64,000 nt of DNA, taken from contig JBJBEO010000001.1 in assembly GCA_047284725.1 (NCBI GenBank), forward strand, positions 1,976,203 to 2,040,202, given 5' to 3'. The stretch comes from Synechococcus sp. (lineage in GTDB: Bacteria > Cyanobacteriota > Cyanobacteriia > PCC-6307 > Cyanobiaceae). This document shows, in pieces, positions 10,291 to 20,744 of this stretch; position 1 is the first letter of the stretch, and every line of letters begins with the position of its first letter. Made by a program: the position numbers and the translations under genes. A model generated the notes under the pieces. The model made no database searches. It saw only the letters and a program-made list of their open reading frames with translations, and had not been told where the DNA came from.

Positions 10291-11376
10291 ATGTCTGTCA
10301 CCTCCACCGATCAGGTTCAGGACCCCGCAGCAACCAGCGAGCAGGATGCGGCGGTCGAAGCCACCGACGTGATGGCTGATGCCTTTCCCGACGAGGACCT
10401 GAGCATTCCGGAGGATGTGCCCAGCGCTGATGATCCCAGCAGCAGGGCCAACCCACGCGATCTCGAGAGCGCTGGCTTCTCCATCGACGAGTTCGCTGCC
10501 CTGCTGAGCAAATACGACTACAACTTCAAGCCTGGCGACATCGTCAACGGCACCGTATTCGCCCTTGAATCCAAGGGCGCGATGATCGACATCGGCGCCA
10601 AAACGGCTGCCTTTATGCCGATGCAGGAGGTGTCGATCAACCGCGTTGAAGGACTGAGCGACGTTCTCCAGCCGGGAGAGGTGCGCGAGTTCTTCATCAT
10701 GAGTGAGGAGAACGAAGACGGTCAGCTCGCTCTCTCCATCCGCCGCATCGAGTACCAACGCGCTTGGGAACGGGTTCGCCAGCTGCAAAAGGAAGACGCG
10801 ACGATCTACTCCGAAGTGTTCGCCACGAACCGCGGTGGTGCACTTGTCCGTGTGGAGGGCCTGCGTGGCTTCATCCCCGGCAGTCATATCAGCACCCGCA
10901 AGCCGAAGGAAGAGCTGGTCGCTGACTTCCTTCCTCTCAAATTCCTTGAGGTCGACGAGGAGCGCAACCGCCTGGTGCTCAGCCATCGCCGCGCCCTTGT
11001 GGAGCGCAAGATGAATCGCCTCGAGGTGGGCGAAGTGGTGCTCGGGACCGTTCGTGGCATCAAGCCCTACGGAGCATTCATCGATATCGGGGGCGTCAGC
11101 GGTCTGCTGCACATCTCCGAAATCAGCCATGAGCACATCGAGACTCCTCACTCTGTGCTGAATGTCAATGATCAGATGAAGGTGATGATCATTGACCTTG
11201 ATGCAGAACGTGGACGGATATCCCTCTCCACAAAAGCCCTCGAGCCAGAACCCGGAGACATGCTCACCGACCCCCAGAAGGTGTTCGACAAAGCTGAGGA
11301 AATGGCCGCTCGCTACAAGCAGATGCTGCTCGAGCAGGCTGAGGAAGGTGAAGAGGCTTACGGCATGATGGGCTGA
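10291..11376 (+). CDS. rpsA: 30S ribosomal protein S1
   Basis: Three S1 domains (DIGAKTAAF, LRGFIPGSH, KPYGAFIDIGGVSGLLHISEIS). Confidence 0.96.
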   Translation: MSVTSTDQVQDPAATSEQDAAVEATDVMADAFPDEDLSIPEDVPSADDPSSRANPRDLESAGFSIDEFAALLSKYDYNFKPGDIVNGTVFALESKGAMIDIGAKTAAFMPMQEVSINRVEGLSDVLQPGEVREFFIMSEENEDGQLALSIRRIEYQRAWERVRQLQKEDATIYSEVFATNRGGALVRVEGLRGFIPGSHISTRKPKEELVADFLPLKFLEVDEERNRLVLSHRRALVERKMNRLEVGEVVLGTVRGIKPYGAFIDIGGVSGLLHISEISHEHIETPHSVLNVNDQMKVMIIDLDAERGRISLSTKALEPEPGDMLTDPQKVFDKAEEMAARYKQMLLEQAEEGEEAYGMMG

Positions 11377-11394
11377 TTCTTCAATCACCAATCC

Positions 11395-12201
11395 ATGGCC
11401 CAGTTGCTGCTGCGTGGCGAGCTTCTGGGAACCATCGACGGGGTGCTGTTCGACAAGGACGGCACCCTTTCCCATAGCGAGCCTCGCCTAGTCGAACAGG
11501 GACGCAGTCGTATTGAGGCAGCTTGTCAGTGCTGGATGGCGACGTCTTCTACCAGCATGGTCATTGACCAAGCTCCCGCAACCGAGCAACTGCGGCAGCT
11601 GCTCCAAAAGGCCTATGGCATCAGTGGCCAACACGTCAGTCCCGACGGGTTGCTGGCGGTGGCATCCCGTCAGCACAATCTTGTGGCGACAGCGACGGTT
11701 TTCAGCCTGCTGGGCCACAGCTGGCCGCAAGCCCTGGTCTTGGCCACAGAGAGTTTTCGCCAGGCCTCAGCGGCAAGACATTCCCGTGACTCAAGCCAGG
11801 ATGGATCCGCACCAAGCGCGCTGCTCCCGGCTGCACGGGAATGCCTGGATCAATTGCAAGCCGCAGGAGTGATCTGTGCCGTGATCAGCAATGACACAAG
11901 GGCTGGGATTGAAGCCTTCCTGAAGCACCACGGGCTGGACAGCCACATAACAGCTCTCTGGAGTGCGGAAGACCTCCCCAGCAAACCCAACCCCGGTGCC
12001 GTCCACGCCCTATGCGACCAACTGGGCCTGGATCCCGGTCGTTGCGCGCTGATCGGGGATGCCGATTCAGATCTGTTGATGGCCCGTGAAGCCGGCATTG
12101 GCCATGGTCTCGGTTACGTGGCTGGTTGGGAGCACTGCCCAAACCTCAGCGCCCACGATCATTTGATCCGCCACTGGAGCGAACTTGAGGTCGCCACCTG
12201 A
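11395..12201 (+). CDS. HAD-family hydrolase
   Basis: LFDKDGTL motif I, ISND motif II, KPNP and IGDADSD motifs III/IV. Confidence 0.9.
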   Translation: MAQLLLRGELLGTIDGVLFDKDGTLSHSEPRLVEQGRSRIEAACQCWMATSSTSMVIDQAPATEQLRQLLQKAYGISGQHVSPDGLLAVASRQHNLVATATVFSLLGHSWPQALVLATESFRQASAARHSRDSSQDGSAPSALLPAARECLDQLQAAGVICAVISNDTRAGIEAFLKHHGLDSHITALWSAEDLPSKPNPGAVHALCDQLGLDPGRCALIGDADSDLLMAREAGIGHGLGYVAGWEHCPNLSAHDHLIRHWSELEVAT

Positions 12202-12250
12202 CCAGCCCGCCAGGATTGAGTCGTACTCTTGGCCCAAGTATGGATACCTA

Positions 12251-13477
12251 ATGAGTCAGCACGTTTTCACCTCCGAGTCGGTCACCGAAGGGCATCCCGA
12301 CAAGATCTGTGACCAGGTCAGTGATGCGGTTCTGGATGCACTTCTGGCTCAGGATCCCTCCAGCCGCGTGGCCTGCGAAACGGTTGTGAACACCGGTCTC
12401 TGCATGATCACCGGTGAGGTGACCTCCAAGGCGCAAGTGGATTTCATCTCCCTGGTGCGGAGCGTGATCAGGGAGATCGGCTACAGCGGTTCCCGGGCCG
12501 GTGGATTCGATGCCAACAGTTGTGCGGTGCTGGTGGCACTGGATCAGCAGTCTCCCGACATTGCCCAGGGTGTGGATGAAGCTGATGACCACGCCGGGGA
12601 TCCCCTGGATCTCGTCGGTGCTGGGGACCAGGGCATCATGTTCGGCTACGCCTGCAACGAAACGCCCGAGCTGATGCCACTACCCATCAGCCTGGCGCAC
12701 CGTTTATCGCGCCGTCTGGCGGAAGTGCGTCACAACGGCACCCTCGACTACCTGCTGCCTGATGGCAAAACCCAGGTGAGTGTTGTTTACGAAAACGATC
12801 GCCCCGTCGCCATCGACACGATCCTGATCTCCACGCAACACACGACTGACGTGGCAGGGCTGACCGATGAGCCAGGGATCCGCGAAAAGATCAGCTCAGA
12901 CCTCTGGACCCACGTGGTCGAGCCAGCCACTGCAGATCTGAGTCTGAAGCCGATCGCCGGCACCACCAAATATCTCGTGAATCCGACGGGCAAATTTGTG
13001 GTGGGTGGCCCGCAGGGGGATGCTGGTCTCACCGGCCGCAAAATCATTGTCGACACCTACGGTGGCTACGCACGCCACGGCGGTGGAGCCTTCTCCGGCA
13101 AAGACCCCACCAAGGTGGACAGATCCGCCGCCTATGCAGCCCGCTACGTGGCCAAGGCCCTCGTGGCAGCAGGCTTGGCAGAACGTGCCGAGGTTCAGTT
13201 GAGTTACGCCATCGGGGTCGCCAAACCGGTGTCGATCCTCGTGGAATCCTTCGGCACCGGCACAGTCTCCAACGCGGAGCTCACCTCACTGGTTCAGAAG
13301 CACTTCGATCTACGCCCAGGCGCAATCATCGAAAGCTTCGGCCTGCGCAACATGCCCCAACAGAGAGGAGGGCGCTTCTATCAAGACACCGCTGCCTACG
13401 GTCACTTCGGTCGCCCAGATCTCAACTTGCCCTGGGAAGACGTCGCCGAGAAGGCAACGAGCCTCCAGCAAGGATGA
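12251..13477 (+). CDS. metK: S-adenosylmethionine synthetase
   Basis: [28 protein letters not shown] motifs. Confidence 0.99.
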   Translation: MSQHVFTSESVTEGHPDKICDQVSDAVLDALLAQDPSSRVACETVVNTGLCMITGEVTSKAQVDFISLVRSVIREIGYSGSRAGGFDANSCAVLVALDQQSPDIAQGVDEADDHAGDPLDLVGAGDQGIMFGYACNETPELMPLPISLAHRLSRRLAEVRHNGTLDYLLPDGKTQVSVVYENDRPVAIDTILISTQHTTDVAGLTDEPGIREKISSDLWTHVVEPATADLSLKPIAGTTKYLVNPTGKFVVGGPQGDAGLTGRKIIVDTYGGYARHGGGAFSGKDPTKVDRSAAYAARYVAKALVAAGLAERAEVQLSYAIGVAKPVSILVESFGTGTVSNAELTSLVQKHFDLRPGAIIESFGLRNMPQQRGGRFYQDTAAYGHFGRPDLNLPWEDVAEKATSLQQG

Positions 13478-13481
13478 CGTC

Positions 13482-14714
13482 ATGACGCCACTGGCTCTGG
13501 GGATCGACCTCGGCACCAGCGGCGTCCGCATCGCGGTGATCACGCGGGGTGGAGATCTTCTCCACACAGAAGCCACGACCTACCACCGTGGACTGAACGA
13601 CCCTTCCGACTGGCTGCGCTGCTGCACAACGCTGATTCGGACCATCCCCGAATCATTGCGTTTACGGATCCACACCCTGAGCATCGACGGAACGTCAGGC
13701 ACGCTTCTGGCGTGCGATGCCGCGGGCAATCCCCTGGGCGGTGCCCTTCCCTATAGCCTCGCCTTTCCGGAGCACTGCGAAGAGCTGCATGCCTTGGTGC
13801 CTGAAGGAGGCCCCGCCGCAAGCAGCAGTGGCAGCCTGGCCAGAGCCTTGACGCTGATCCAGCTCCACGGTGACGACATCCTGCTGCGACACCAAGCCGA
13901 CTGGATGAGCGGCTGGCTCCTCCAGAACTGGTCCAGCGGGGAAGAAGGCAACAATCTGCGCTTGGGGTGGAATCTGCTGGTTCGTGGTTGGCCCGCATCC
14001 TTCGCCCAACAGCGCTGGGCCAAAGCTTTGCCGTTGATCTGCGCCAGCGGCCATGTGATGGGACGTATTGATGGTGACGTCGCTCGAGAGCTAGGGCTCA
14101 GAGAAAGCGTCAGCATCGTTGCGGGCACCACCGACTCCAACGCAGCCGTTCTCGCCGCCGATCCTGGCGACAGCGAGGGCATCACCGTGCTGGGCAGCAC
14201 CGTGGTTGTGAAATGCTTCAGCGACGCACCGCTCATTGGAGCAGGTATCACCAACCACCGCGTGGGAGGCCGCTGGCTCTGCGGAGGTGCCTCCAACACA
14301 GGCGGAGCTGTTCTGCTTCAGCAGTTTCCGGGCATCGACCTTGATGAGCTCAGTCGCCAGATCGATCCAGAGCAGGCCAGCGGGCTGGATTACTGGCCAT
14401 TGACAGGCCAGGGCGAACGCTTCCCGATCGATGACCCGCTGCTCATGCCACGTCTCACACCAAGGCCGGTGAGTGACGCACTCTTTCTGCATGGCCTCCT
14501 GGAGGGAATGGCCAGAATCGAAGCACAAGGATGGAAACGCCTGATGGCGCTGGGGGCTAACACTCCCCGTCGGGTGATCACTCTGGGAGGCGGTGCACGC
14601 AACCCGCAGTGGCGGCGAATCCGTGAACGCATCATCGGGTGTCAGGTCACGCGTTGCCTGACACCTCCTGCAGCTGGTGTGGCCCGTCTGGCCCTGCCTC
14701 ACCTCAAGGATTGA
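13482..14714 (+). CDS. FGGY-family carbohydrate kinase
   Basis: GIDLGTSG, IDGTSGT, GTTDSNAA, GGGARN motifs. Confidence 0.9.
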   Translation: MTPLALGIDLGTSGVRIAVITRGGDLLHTEATTYHRGLNDPSDWLRCCTTLIRTIPESLRLRIHTLSIDGTSGTLLACDAAGNPLGGALPYSLAFPEHCEELHALVPEGGPAASSSGSLARALTLIQLHGDDILLRHQADWMSGWLLQNWSSGEEGNNLRLGWNLLVRGWPASFAQQRWAKALPLICASGHVMGRIDGDVARELGLRESVSIVAGTTDSNAAVLAADPGDSEGITVLGSTVVVKCFSDAPLIGAGITNHRVGGRWLCGGASNTGGAVLLQQFPGIDLDELSRQIDPEQASGLDYWPLTGQGERFPIDDPLLMPRLTPRPVSDALFLHGLLEGMARIEAQGWKRLMALGANTPRRVITLGGGARNPQWRRIRERIIGCQVTRCLTPPAAGVARLALPHLKD

Positions 14715-14764
14715 GCAACGGAAGCTGATCCTGGAGAATCAAGGGGCTTGCGCTGCAGTGAACC

Positions 14765-14878
14765 ATGCCCACAAAATTGCGCGATGCTCTGGCGATCGCT
14801 CTGTTTGTTGTTCTGGCGGGCTACGTCACCTTCAGCGGCATTCGCCTCGGGCTGCTGCTCTGGCAGCGGTTCGGCTGA
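14765..14878 (+). CDS. Small single-pass membrane protein (37 aa)
   Basis: Manual translation MPTKLRDALAIALFVVLAGYVTFSGIRLGLLLWQRFG; fits the gap between co-directional genes. Confidence 0.5.
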   Translation: MPTKLRDALAIALFVVLAGYVTFSGIRLGLLLWQRFG

Positions 14879-14914
14879 GCGCCACCCTCTTTCGTTCCCC
14901 TTGCTCCTTCACCA

Positions 14915-15187
14915 ATGGCTGCAGATCCCCTCACCACCGCCGTCAGCGAGCGCATCTGCCGGCACATGAATGATGACCACAGTGATGCGGTGTTGCGCTT
15001 TGCACAGCATTACGGAGGTCTCAGCACGGTTCAATCAGCAACCATGACAGCGGTGCGCCCTGATGCCATGGAGCTTGCTGTGGATGGAACCACCATTGAA
15101 ATCAACTTTGATCACACCCTGACCGACAGCGAAGACGCTCACCGAACGTTGGTGGCCATGCTGAGGGCCATGCCATCGGCGGAATGA
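14915..15187 (+). CDS. Stand-alone DUF2470 domain protein (putative heme-binding)
   Basis: RICRHMNDDH...DSEDAHRTLV pattern. Confidence 0.85.
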   Translation: MAADPLTTAVSERICRHMNDDHSDAVLRFAQHYGGLSTVQSATMTAVRPDAMELAVDGTTIEINFDHTLTDSEDAHRTLVAMLRAMPSAE

Positions 15188-15231
15188 TTGGCAGGTCGTA
15201 GGGGAATGCTTATGACTGCAGTCCCCGCGCC

Positions 15232-15903
15232 ATGTTCGGACCCATCCTCGTTGGGCTGGTTGAAATCCTGGCTCAGCCCTGTTGCATCCTCTGCCATCAA
15301 CCGCTGGATCCTGTTCAATCCCAACACGAGGTCTGTTCATCGTGTTGGAGCAACATCGGCCTGCCCACCCAGCCGTTGCAAGGCAACGATCCCCTGCACT
15401 GGATCGCGGCCGGGAGCTATGCGGGTCGATGGCGCTCCATGGTGCTGATGTTACGCAGAACACGCAATCTGGCCATGGTGCGCGTCCTGAGCCTCCAGCT
15501 GCGTGAGCTCCTACCCAAGGACACCGTTCTCGTACCGGTACCGAGCTGGAAACAGAACAATCGTGCCAACCCTTTACCGAAACTGCTGGCGATCGCACTG
15601 CAACGTCCATCGATGGGTTTACTGAAACGCACGACAGCCTGCTTCCCGCAGCACGGACTGCATCGACAACAACGTTGGCAGAACAGTCAAGGCACGATGC
15701 GTTGCAGCTCGACCGCAAAAAACACCGTGAACTGGAGCAAGCACCGGGCTTGGATTGTGGATGACATCCTCACCACCGGCGCAACAGCGTGTGCAGCAGC
15801 TGAAGCCTTGCGAAATGCCCATGTTCCCGTAGGAGGGGCCGTTTGCCTCGGCCGAACGCCAAATCGCTGGTCACAGCTTGGAACAACGCAAAGCACCCAG
15901 TGA
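15232..15903 (+). CDS. comF: ComF-family protein (zinc ribbon plus PRT domain)
   Basis: CILC...CSSC; IVDDILTTGAT PRPP-binding motif. Confidence 0.88.
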   Translation: MFGPILVGLVEILAQPCCILCHQPLDPVQSQHEVCSSCWSNIGLPTQPLQGNDPLHWIAAGSYAGRWRSMVLMLRRTRNLAMVRVLSLQLRELLPKDTVLVPVPSWKQNNRANPLPKLLAIALQRPSMGLLKRTTACFPQHGLHRQQRWQNSQGTMRCSSTAKNTVNWSKHRAWIVDDILTTGATACAAAEALRNAHVPVGGAVCLGRTPNRWSQLGTTQSTQ

Positions 15904-15905
15904 TC

Positions 15906-15911
15906 TATACT
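15906..15911 (+). promoter_or_regulatory. Putative -10 box of tRNA-Phe
   Basis: TATACT ending 22 nt before the mature tRNA 5' end. Confidence 0.45.
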
Positions 15912-15933
15912 TTCGCTGTCGCTAAGGCGACGG

Positions 15934-16006
15934 GCCGGGATAGCTCAGTTGGTAGAGCAGGCGACTGAAAATCGCCGTGTCCCCAGTTCAAATCTGGGTC
16001 CTGGCA
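15934..16006 (+). tRNA. tRNA-Phe(GAA); left border of the phycobilisome rod region
   Basis: GCCGGGA/TCCTGGC acceptor stem, GGCGA-CTGAAAA-TCGCC anticodon arm, GTTCAAATC T-loop. Confidence 0.97.
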
Positions 16007-16021
16007 TTTCGCCTCACAAGC

Positions 16022-16243
16022 ATGGATAAAGTTTTTAATAATGCCGACAGCCTTGCCATGGCATTTGATGATGCTTGGCGCAACCAGCTAAAGAACAAGA
16101 ATTTCTTAGATCTATCGACACAAGAACGCAAACGCTATTTATTCGAGAACTGCATCAAGGAACATCCCTTCCTAACAAATAGCCCCGAAGAAGCCAGTCA
16201 AGTCGCCGATTTCAGAATCCGACTATTAGGGCTCGACCAATAG
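16022..16243 (+). CDS. Conserved hypothetical protein at the start of the PBS region
   Basis: 73-aa ORF MDKVFNNADSLAMAFDDAW...HPFL...VADFRIRLL directly after tRNA-Phe. Confidence 0.7.
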   Translation: MDKVFNNADSLAMAFDDAWRNQLKNKNFLDLSTQERKRYLFENCIKEHPFLTNSPEEASQVADFRIRLLGLDQ

Positions 16244-16270
16244 CAGAACCGAAGACCACCGCCAGCGTCA

Positions 16271-16684
16271 TCAGGCAGTCATCGAATCATATTCAGGCTC
16301 ATCGACATACACAGTTTCCAACAATTCCTCTTCCTCATGGTGCTGGCAATCACCAATCCCACCACCGATCGGATCAGCCTTCGAATCCTGCTCGCATTCA
16401 ACAAGTGACAAGTCAGGCGCAGCTGAAGAGGCGCTGATCACAGGATCCTCGACGGCCAGGAGCTCCTTGAGATCACCGAGGCGACCGCCAACTGCATCCA
16501 AGAGTTCAGCCAAACCCTCAGATTCCATGGCCAGAGAGACTCCCTTAACAGAAGAATCCAGGGCATCCAGACGACTTTCAAGCTCAAGCAGCCGCAAAGC
16601 AAGGCCCTCACACACTTGAGTGACAACCTGCATCTGTCGACAGAGCTGCCGAAGGAGTCGCTCATCAAGCCCATGCGAGTCCAT
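16271..16684 (-). CDS. Hypothetical coiled-coil protein with acidic tail
   Basis: LALRLLELESRLDALD heptads; acidic C-terminus; start uncertain (ATG 16684 or TTG 16726). Confidence 0.65.
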   Translation of the reverse strand: MDSHGLDERLLRQLCRQMQVVTQVCEGLALRLLELESRLDALDSSVKGVSLAMESEGLAELLDAVGGRLGDLKELLAVEDPVISASSAAPDLSLVECEQDSKADPIGGGIGDCQHHEEEELLETVYVDEPEYDSMTA

Positions 16685-17294
16685 ACCTGACGCTCCCGAA
16701 AGACCGCTCGAATCGTATCGATTCAAAGAAGAGTGTCCAGCACCATCGCCGGCCCTGGCAACATGGCAAGTGTGACAACGTCAGGCTTGCGCCTGGTCCA
16801 GACTCCCACCACTCCCAGCAGACTCCCGGGAATGACCGCGTCCTTAGCTCGACTGACACAACAGCTCAGCGCGAGCTTCAGCAACCAAAGTCAGAGGTTC
16901 AAAACTCCCTCTTTGCACGGAAACATCCTTGCAAGCTTTCGCCCCCTGCCTCACTTTCAATCAGCATCCCTATTGCTGGAGCAGGCCAACAGAGTCGCCT
17001 CAAACGAATCCTATGAAATTCGAGCTTTTAACTCGAAAAGCTTCTGCGCAAGGCCTGGCAATTGAAAACAATGAAGTCTTACCTTGCCAGCAGCGTTCAG
17101 CTCTTCTCACAAGCGATGGGCCACTGCATGTGGATATGACACGATACAGCACTAACAACGCCTGCAGCCCCGCGGAAGGCCAAATTCTTTTTGAGAAACG
17201 CAGAATCCTTCCAACAAAAGGACGGGCAAAGTAGTTCAGCCATCAATCCAATCGCAGACCGGGACCAAATCAAGCAATTCAAACCACAAGTACC

Positions 17295-17702
17295 ATGACA
17301 TCAATCGAGAAACTGATTCAATCAGCCGACGAAAATAGTGAGATTATTCATGCAATTGATCAATTTCGCTTTCGAATTGATCTCAAGCCAGATGACTTGA
17401 GACTATGGTCAGAAACCTTACGATCCCGCAAAGAGAGATGCAATCTTCTTCTCGCCTGCGAGCATGGCGATGGAGCTATCGAGCACACTGCGCTGACATG
17501 GGTTGTTGGGGCAGCGATCCGCCCTTTTTATGTTCAATCTCCTGAAGACGTAGGTCCTCTTCTGGCAAGCCTTGGAGTGAACAATGCCCTAGCGAGCAAA
17601 CTCCCAAACTTTTGCCCAGGCCTTGGAACAGAGCTGACATGGGCCTTTTACCTCGACCGCAGCGGAGCCTTAAGCGCATCTCCTGTGCCACGGAATTCCT
17701 AA
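17295..17702 (+). CDS. Hypothetical protein upstream of aplA
   Basis: 135-aa ATG ORF ending 7 nt before aplA; globular-looking composition. Confidence 0.7.
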   Translation: MTSIEKLIQSADENSEIIHAIDQFRFRIDLKPDDLRLWSETLRSRKERCNLLLACEHGDGAIEHTALTWVVGAAIRPFYVQSPEDVGPLLASLGVNNALASKLPNFCPGLGTELTWAFYLDRSGALSASPVPRNS

Positions 17703-17709
17703 ATCTGTC

Positions 17710-18288
17710 ATGAACACTGCCGAAGACCGCACCACCATCAGACAAATTATCAGCAAAGCGCAGGTTTGTGGCCTCCAAAACAATCCCGCAGTAGATGATC
17801 TGTCTCGATCATTAATTCGAACTGCCGACCAAGAGAAGCGCATGCTAACAGACGTGGAAATCATCTCGATCTGCACACACTCATCTACCAACCCAACGGC
17901 CATCAGCTCAACAATCAGGAATGCTGCACATTACGTTGATCGCTGCAAGCAAACACTGGTTACTGAACAACCCCAGCTCTTTCAAGAGGGAGGAGCCTTG
18001 CATCCAGTCGAACGATCAGAGGCCTGCTGGCGGGATTGCTGGAATTTTCTACGTGTCGCCAGTTATGCGATGGCGGTCGGCACGCCTCAATGCACGGACA
18101 CCGCAGGTATTCGATTCGTTCGCCAGCTCTATGAACTGATGAATGTTCCTGTTTCAGGCATGAACCTTGCTCTTAGCGCACTGTCTCAAATGATCACAAG
18201 AGACCTACGGCGTCAAAACCATCAAGCCGAAGCCGAATGCATCGCCATGGCTTTCACCGAAATGAGAAGAGCTCTTTACAAAGATTAA
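17710..18288 (+). CDS. aplA: Allophycocyanin-like protein
   Basis: Phycobiliprotein motifs ADQEKR, PQLFQEGGALHP, EACWRDCWNFLRVASYA. Confidence 0.85.
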   Translation: MNTAEDRTTIRQIISKAQVCGLQNNPAVDDLSRSLIRTADQEKRMLTDVEIISICTHSSTNPTAISSTIRNAAHYVDRCKQTLVTEQPQLFQEGGALHPVERSEACWRDCWNFLRVASYAMAVGTPQCTDTAGIRFVRQLYELMNVPVSGMNLALSALSQMITRDLRRQNHQAEAECIAMAFTEMRRALYKD

Positions 18289-18381
18289 GCAAACACCTGA
18301 TACATTATTCCGGCCCAAGAAGGCTGATCGCGTACATAAAGGCGAGAATGCCACCAAGTATTTGTACTCACCGCGGCTGCC

Positions 18382-19128
18382 ATGGCTCTGCCTCTTCTGA
18401 ATTACCCCCTGGAAACTCAGAACTCCCGCGTCAGCAACCTCGCCGGAGACGCCAGCACCGTTCGCAACCAGTTCCAAGGCTCCAGCAGTGCAGGGAGCGA
18501 GGGTGCACGGGGCACCGTTGCCGATCTGATTGAAGCGGCCTATCGGCAGGTCTTCTTCCATGCGATGCGCTGCGACCGCGAACCTTTTCTCGAATCACAA
18601 CTGCGGGCAGGCAACATCACCACCCGTGATTTCATACGAGGATTGCTGCTGTCGGAACGATTTCAGCAGGGCTATTACCAGTGCAACTCAAACTACCGAA
18701 TGGTGGATCAAGTGGTGGGTCGTGTGCTCGGTCGCTCGGTACACGGCGATACTGAGCGCCGCGCCTGGTCGATCGTGATTGCATCACAAGGCTTCACCGC
18801 ATTCGTCGACCAACTCCTCAACAGCGAGGAATACATGGCGAGCTTTGGCTACGACTTAGTCCCACAACAACGGTCGCGCGTTCTACCAGGTCGTTCCGTG
18901 GGTGAAACCCCGATCTATCAGCAATTTCCTCGCTACGGTAGCGATTGGCGAGATCAGCAATGGGAGCAGAATCTACAGACAAGACCTGAGGACAGCAACC
19001 TCACAGCTGCTTGGACGACACCACCAGCGTGGGTTACCAAAATTTGGCTGGGTCTTGCTGTGATTGGAGGCATCGAAGTCACACGAATTCTCCTCATTAT
19101 TGCTTCCGAAATGTACGGAACTCGCTAG
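18382..19128 (+). CDS. cpcL: Rod-membrane linker CpcL (CpcG2)
   Basis: MALPLLNY CpcG-type N-terminus, PBS linker domain, C-terminal hydrophobic helix KIWLGLAVIGGIEVTRILLII. Confidence 0.88.
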   Translation: MALPLLNYPLETQNSRVSNLAGDASTVRNQFQGSSSAGSEGARGTVADLIEAAYRQVFFHAMRCDREPFLESQLRAGNITTRDFIRGLLLSERFQQGYYQCNSNYRMVDQVVGRVLGRSVHGDTERRAWSIVIASQGFTAFVDQLLNSEEYMASFGYDLVPQQRSRVLPGRSVGETPIYQQFPRYGSDWRDQQWEQNLQTRPEDSNLTAAWTTPPAWVTKIWLGLAVIGGIEVTRILLIIASEMYGTR

Positions 19129-19561
19129 TTGAGACGAGCCAACAGACCTTAACGATTAGCGACGACAGCCAGCCTCTCTATATAAATTGAGAGTCCGGAT
19201 TGATTGCTTGGAGACTTGGCGGAAATTCAAAGCAGGTGGAACGATAAATATCCTAGTCATCCGCCCGCATAAAACTAGTTCATAGGAGCACGTAGACCAC
19301 AACAAAATGTGCTCATAAATCAATTTGACCGATCAGGAAAGACACAGCGAAAACCAGAGGAAGTGAGTTCAATCAAGGCCTAGCCTGATGGCGAAAAACA
19401 TCAAAGCCAGGGACAACAGCCTCGCGATAAGAGCTCTGGCGCTATTAATAACTCCGAAGAGGAGGCTCCAGAAAACATTTTGTTGCGAACCAGCAACACT
19501 GACCGAACGAAATCATGGCAAGCCGTAGGATCCTTAATAGAAACGCCTCCCAGAGTCAAGA

Positions 19562-20464
19562 ATGGTTGCCATCAAGCCGACCCGCGATTTCACAAGCCTC
19601 AACAGAGTTTCATACGCCGCCAGAAATGAGGGGAAACTTAAGCAAGGCAAGGCAATCAATGTTTACAGAGAAGAAGTCGAGAAGAACGCGCTCCTCACAC
19701 GCATAGGCCTGCCATCGAGCAGTATGCATGCCTTCAAAGAAAACACCTGCAACGCCATGGGCCTTGGCATGGGCCCAAGGGTTCATAGCGAGTGCCCCTT
19801 CAGCACAGTTGCTGAACAGTTCGCTGCCACAGGGAGCGATGCACTGAGTTCAACAATCTCTGCGACCTACAAGCAAGTTCTCGGCAACTTGGGGCCCACA
19901 AGCAGCCAGCGTTGCACCGAACTCGAATCAAGGCTCTGCAATGGGGATATCACAGTACGAGACTTTGTTGCTGGCCTAGCCAAGTCAGACCTCTACAAGC
20001 AGAATTATTTTTTCAAGGTTTCTCCCATCCGTGGCGTAGAACTCACTTACAAGCATCTGTTGGGGCGTCCTCCCATCAACCAAGCAGAGGTCAGCTCTGC
20101 CATCAGTCTGATTGCAGAGCAAGGTTTCGACGCCTTTGTCGAGCACATCACCCACTCAGGCGAGTATCTCGAAGTGTTCGGAACACAGACTGTTCCCTAT
20201 CCACGAGCCTGGACATCTGAAGCAGGCAAATACTGCTCAACATTTGTCAACTTGGCTCGGATCTCTCCGGCCAATGCGGCCTCAGACGTAATCATCGAAG
20301 GCCGTAGCCAGCTCGTGATGGAATTCAGCAATGCCCGCAGCATTAGCGGCGCTAGCAAGGGCTACGACGTGAGCGGGTTCGTTTACTCCAAAGCAACCAG
20401 CGATCCGACGTCTGGGGCGTTCCGCAGGATGTACCAATCCAAAAACTGCAAATCATGGGCTTGA
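19562..20464 (+). CDS. mpeE: Phycoerythrin-II-associated rod linker (MpeE-like)
   Basis: CNAMGLGMGPRVHSECPF motif plus PBS linker domain; assignment among mpeE/F/G/H uncertain. Confidence 0.7.
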   Translation: MVAIKPTRDFTSLNRVSYAARNEGKLKQGKAINVYREEVEKNALLTRIGLPSSSMHAFKENTCNAMGLGMGPRVHSECPFSTVAEQFAATGSDALSSTISATYKQVLGNLGPTSSQRCTELESRLCNGDITVRDFVAGLAKSDLYKQNYFFKVSPIRGVELTYKHLLGRPPINQAEVSSAISLIAEQGFDAFVEHITHSGEYLEVFGTQTVPYPRAWTSEAGKYCSTFVNLARISPANAASDVIIEGRSQLVMEFSNARSISGASKGYDVSGFVYSKATSDPTSGAFRRMYQSKNCKSWA

Positions 20465-20526
20465 AACAAGCCAAGGCATTAACTATCTGAATACCTTAAA
20501 AGATAGTTCTCACAATGTCTTGATTG

Positions 20527-20560
20527 AAAGCACCGGATCACTCAAGATCCGGTGCTTTTT
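20527..20560 (+). terminator. Rho-independent terminator
   Basis: AAAGCACCGGATC-ACTCAA-GATCCGGTGCTTTTT. Confidence 0.85.
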
Positions 20561-20744
20561 AGTGATCCTATGACGACCCTTATCTAAAGGCTTCAACAAG
20601 CACGGCACTGGAGCGAACGCATCAAGAAATCAGCCCATTGCAGAAGATCAGGGTGATGATCGACCATCAACTACCGGCACAGGAACGGAGGGTAACCCTT
20701 CACAAGCTCTGAGGTTTGAAGACTTGGGTTAGTATGAGAACAAC

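Noticed and set aside
10249..11475. 408-aa minus-strand ORF
   Set aside because: Antisense shadow of the S1 gene.
15977..16021. N-terminal extension of the ORF after tRNA-Phe, starting inside the tRNA
   Set aside because: The ATG at 16022, outside the tRNA, is the simpler start.
16733..17234. ORFs 16733..17065 and 16929..17234
   Set aside because: They overlap each other, use weak starts and show no recognisable motifs.
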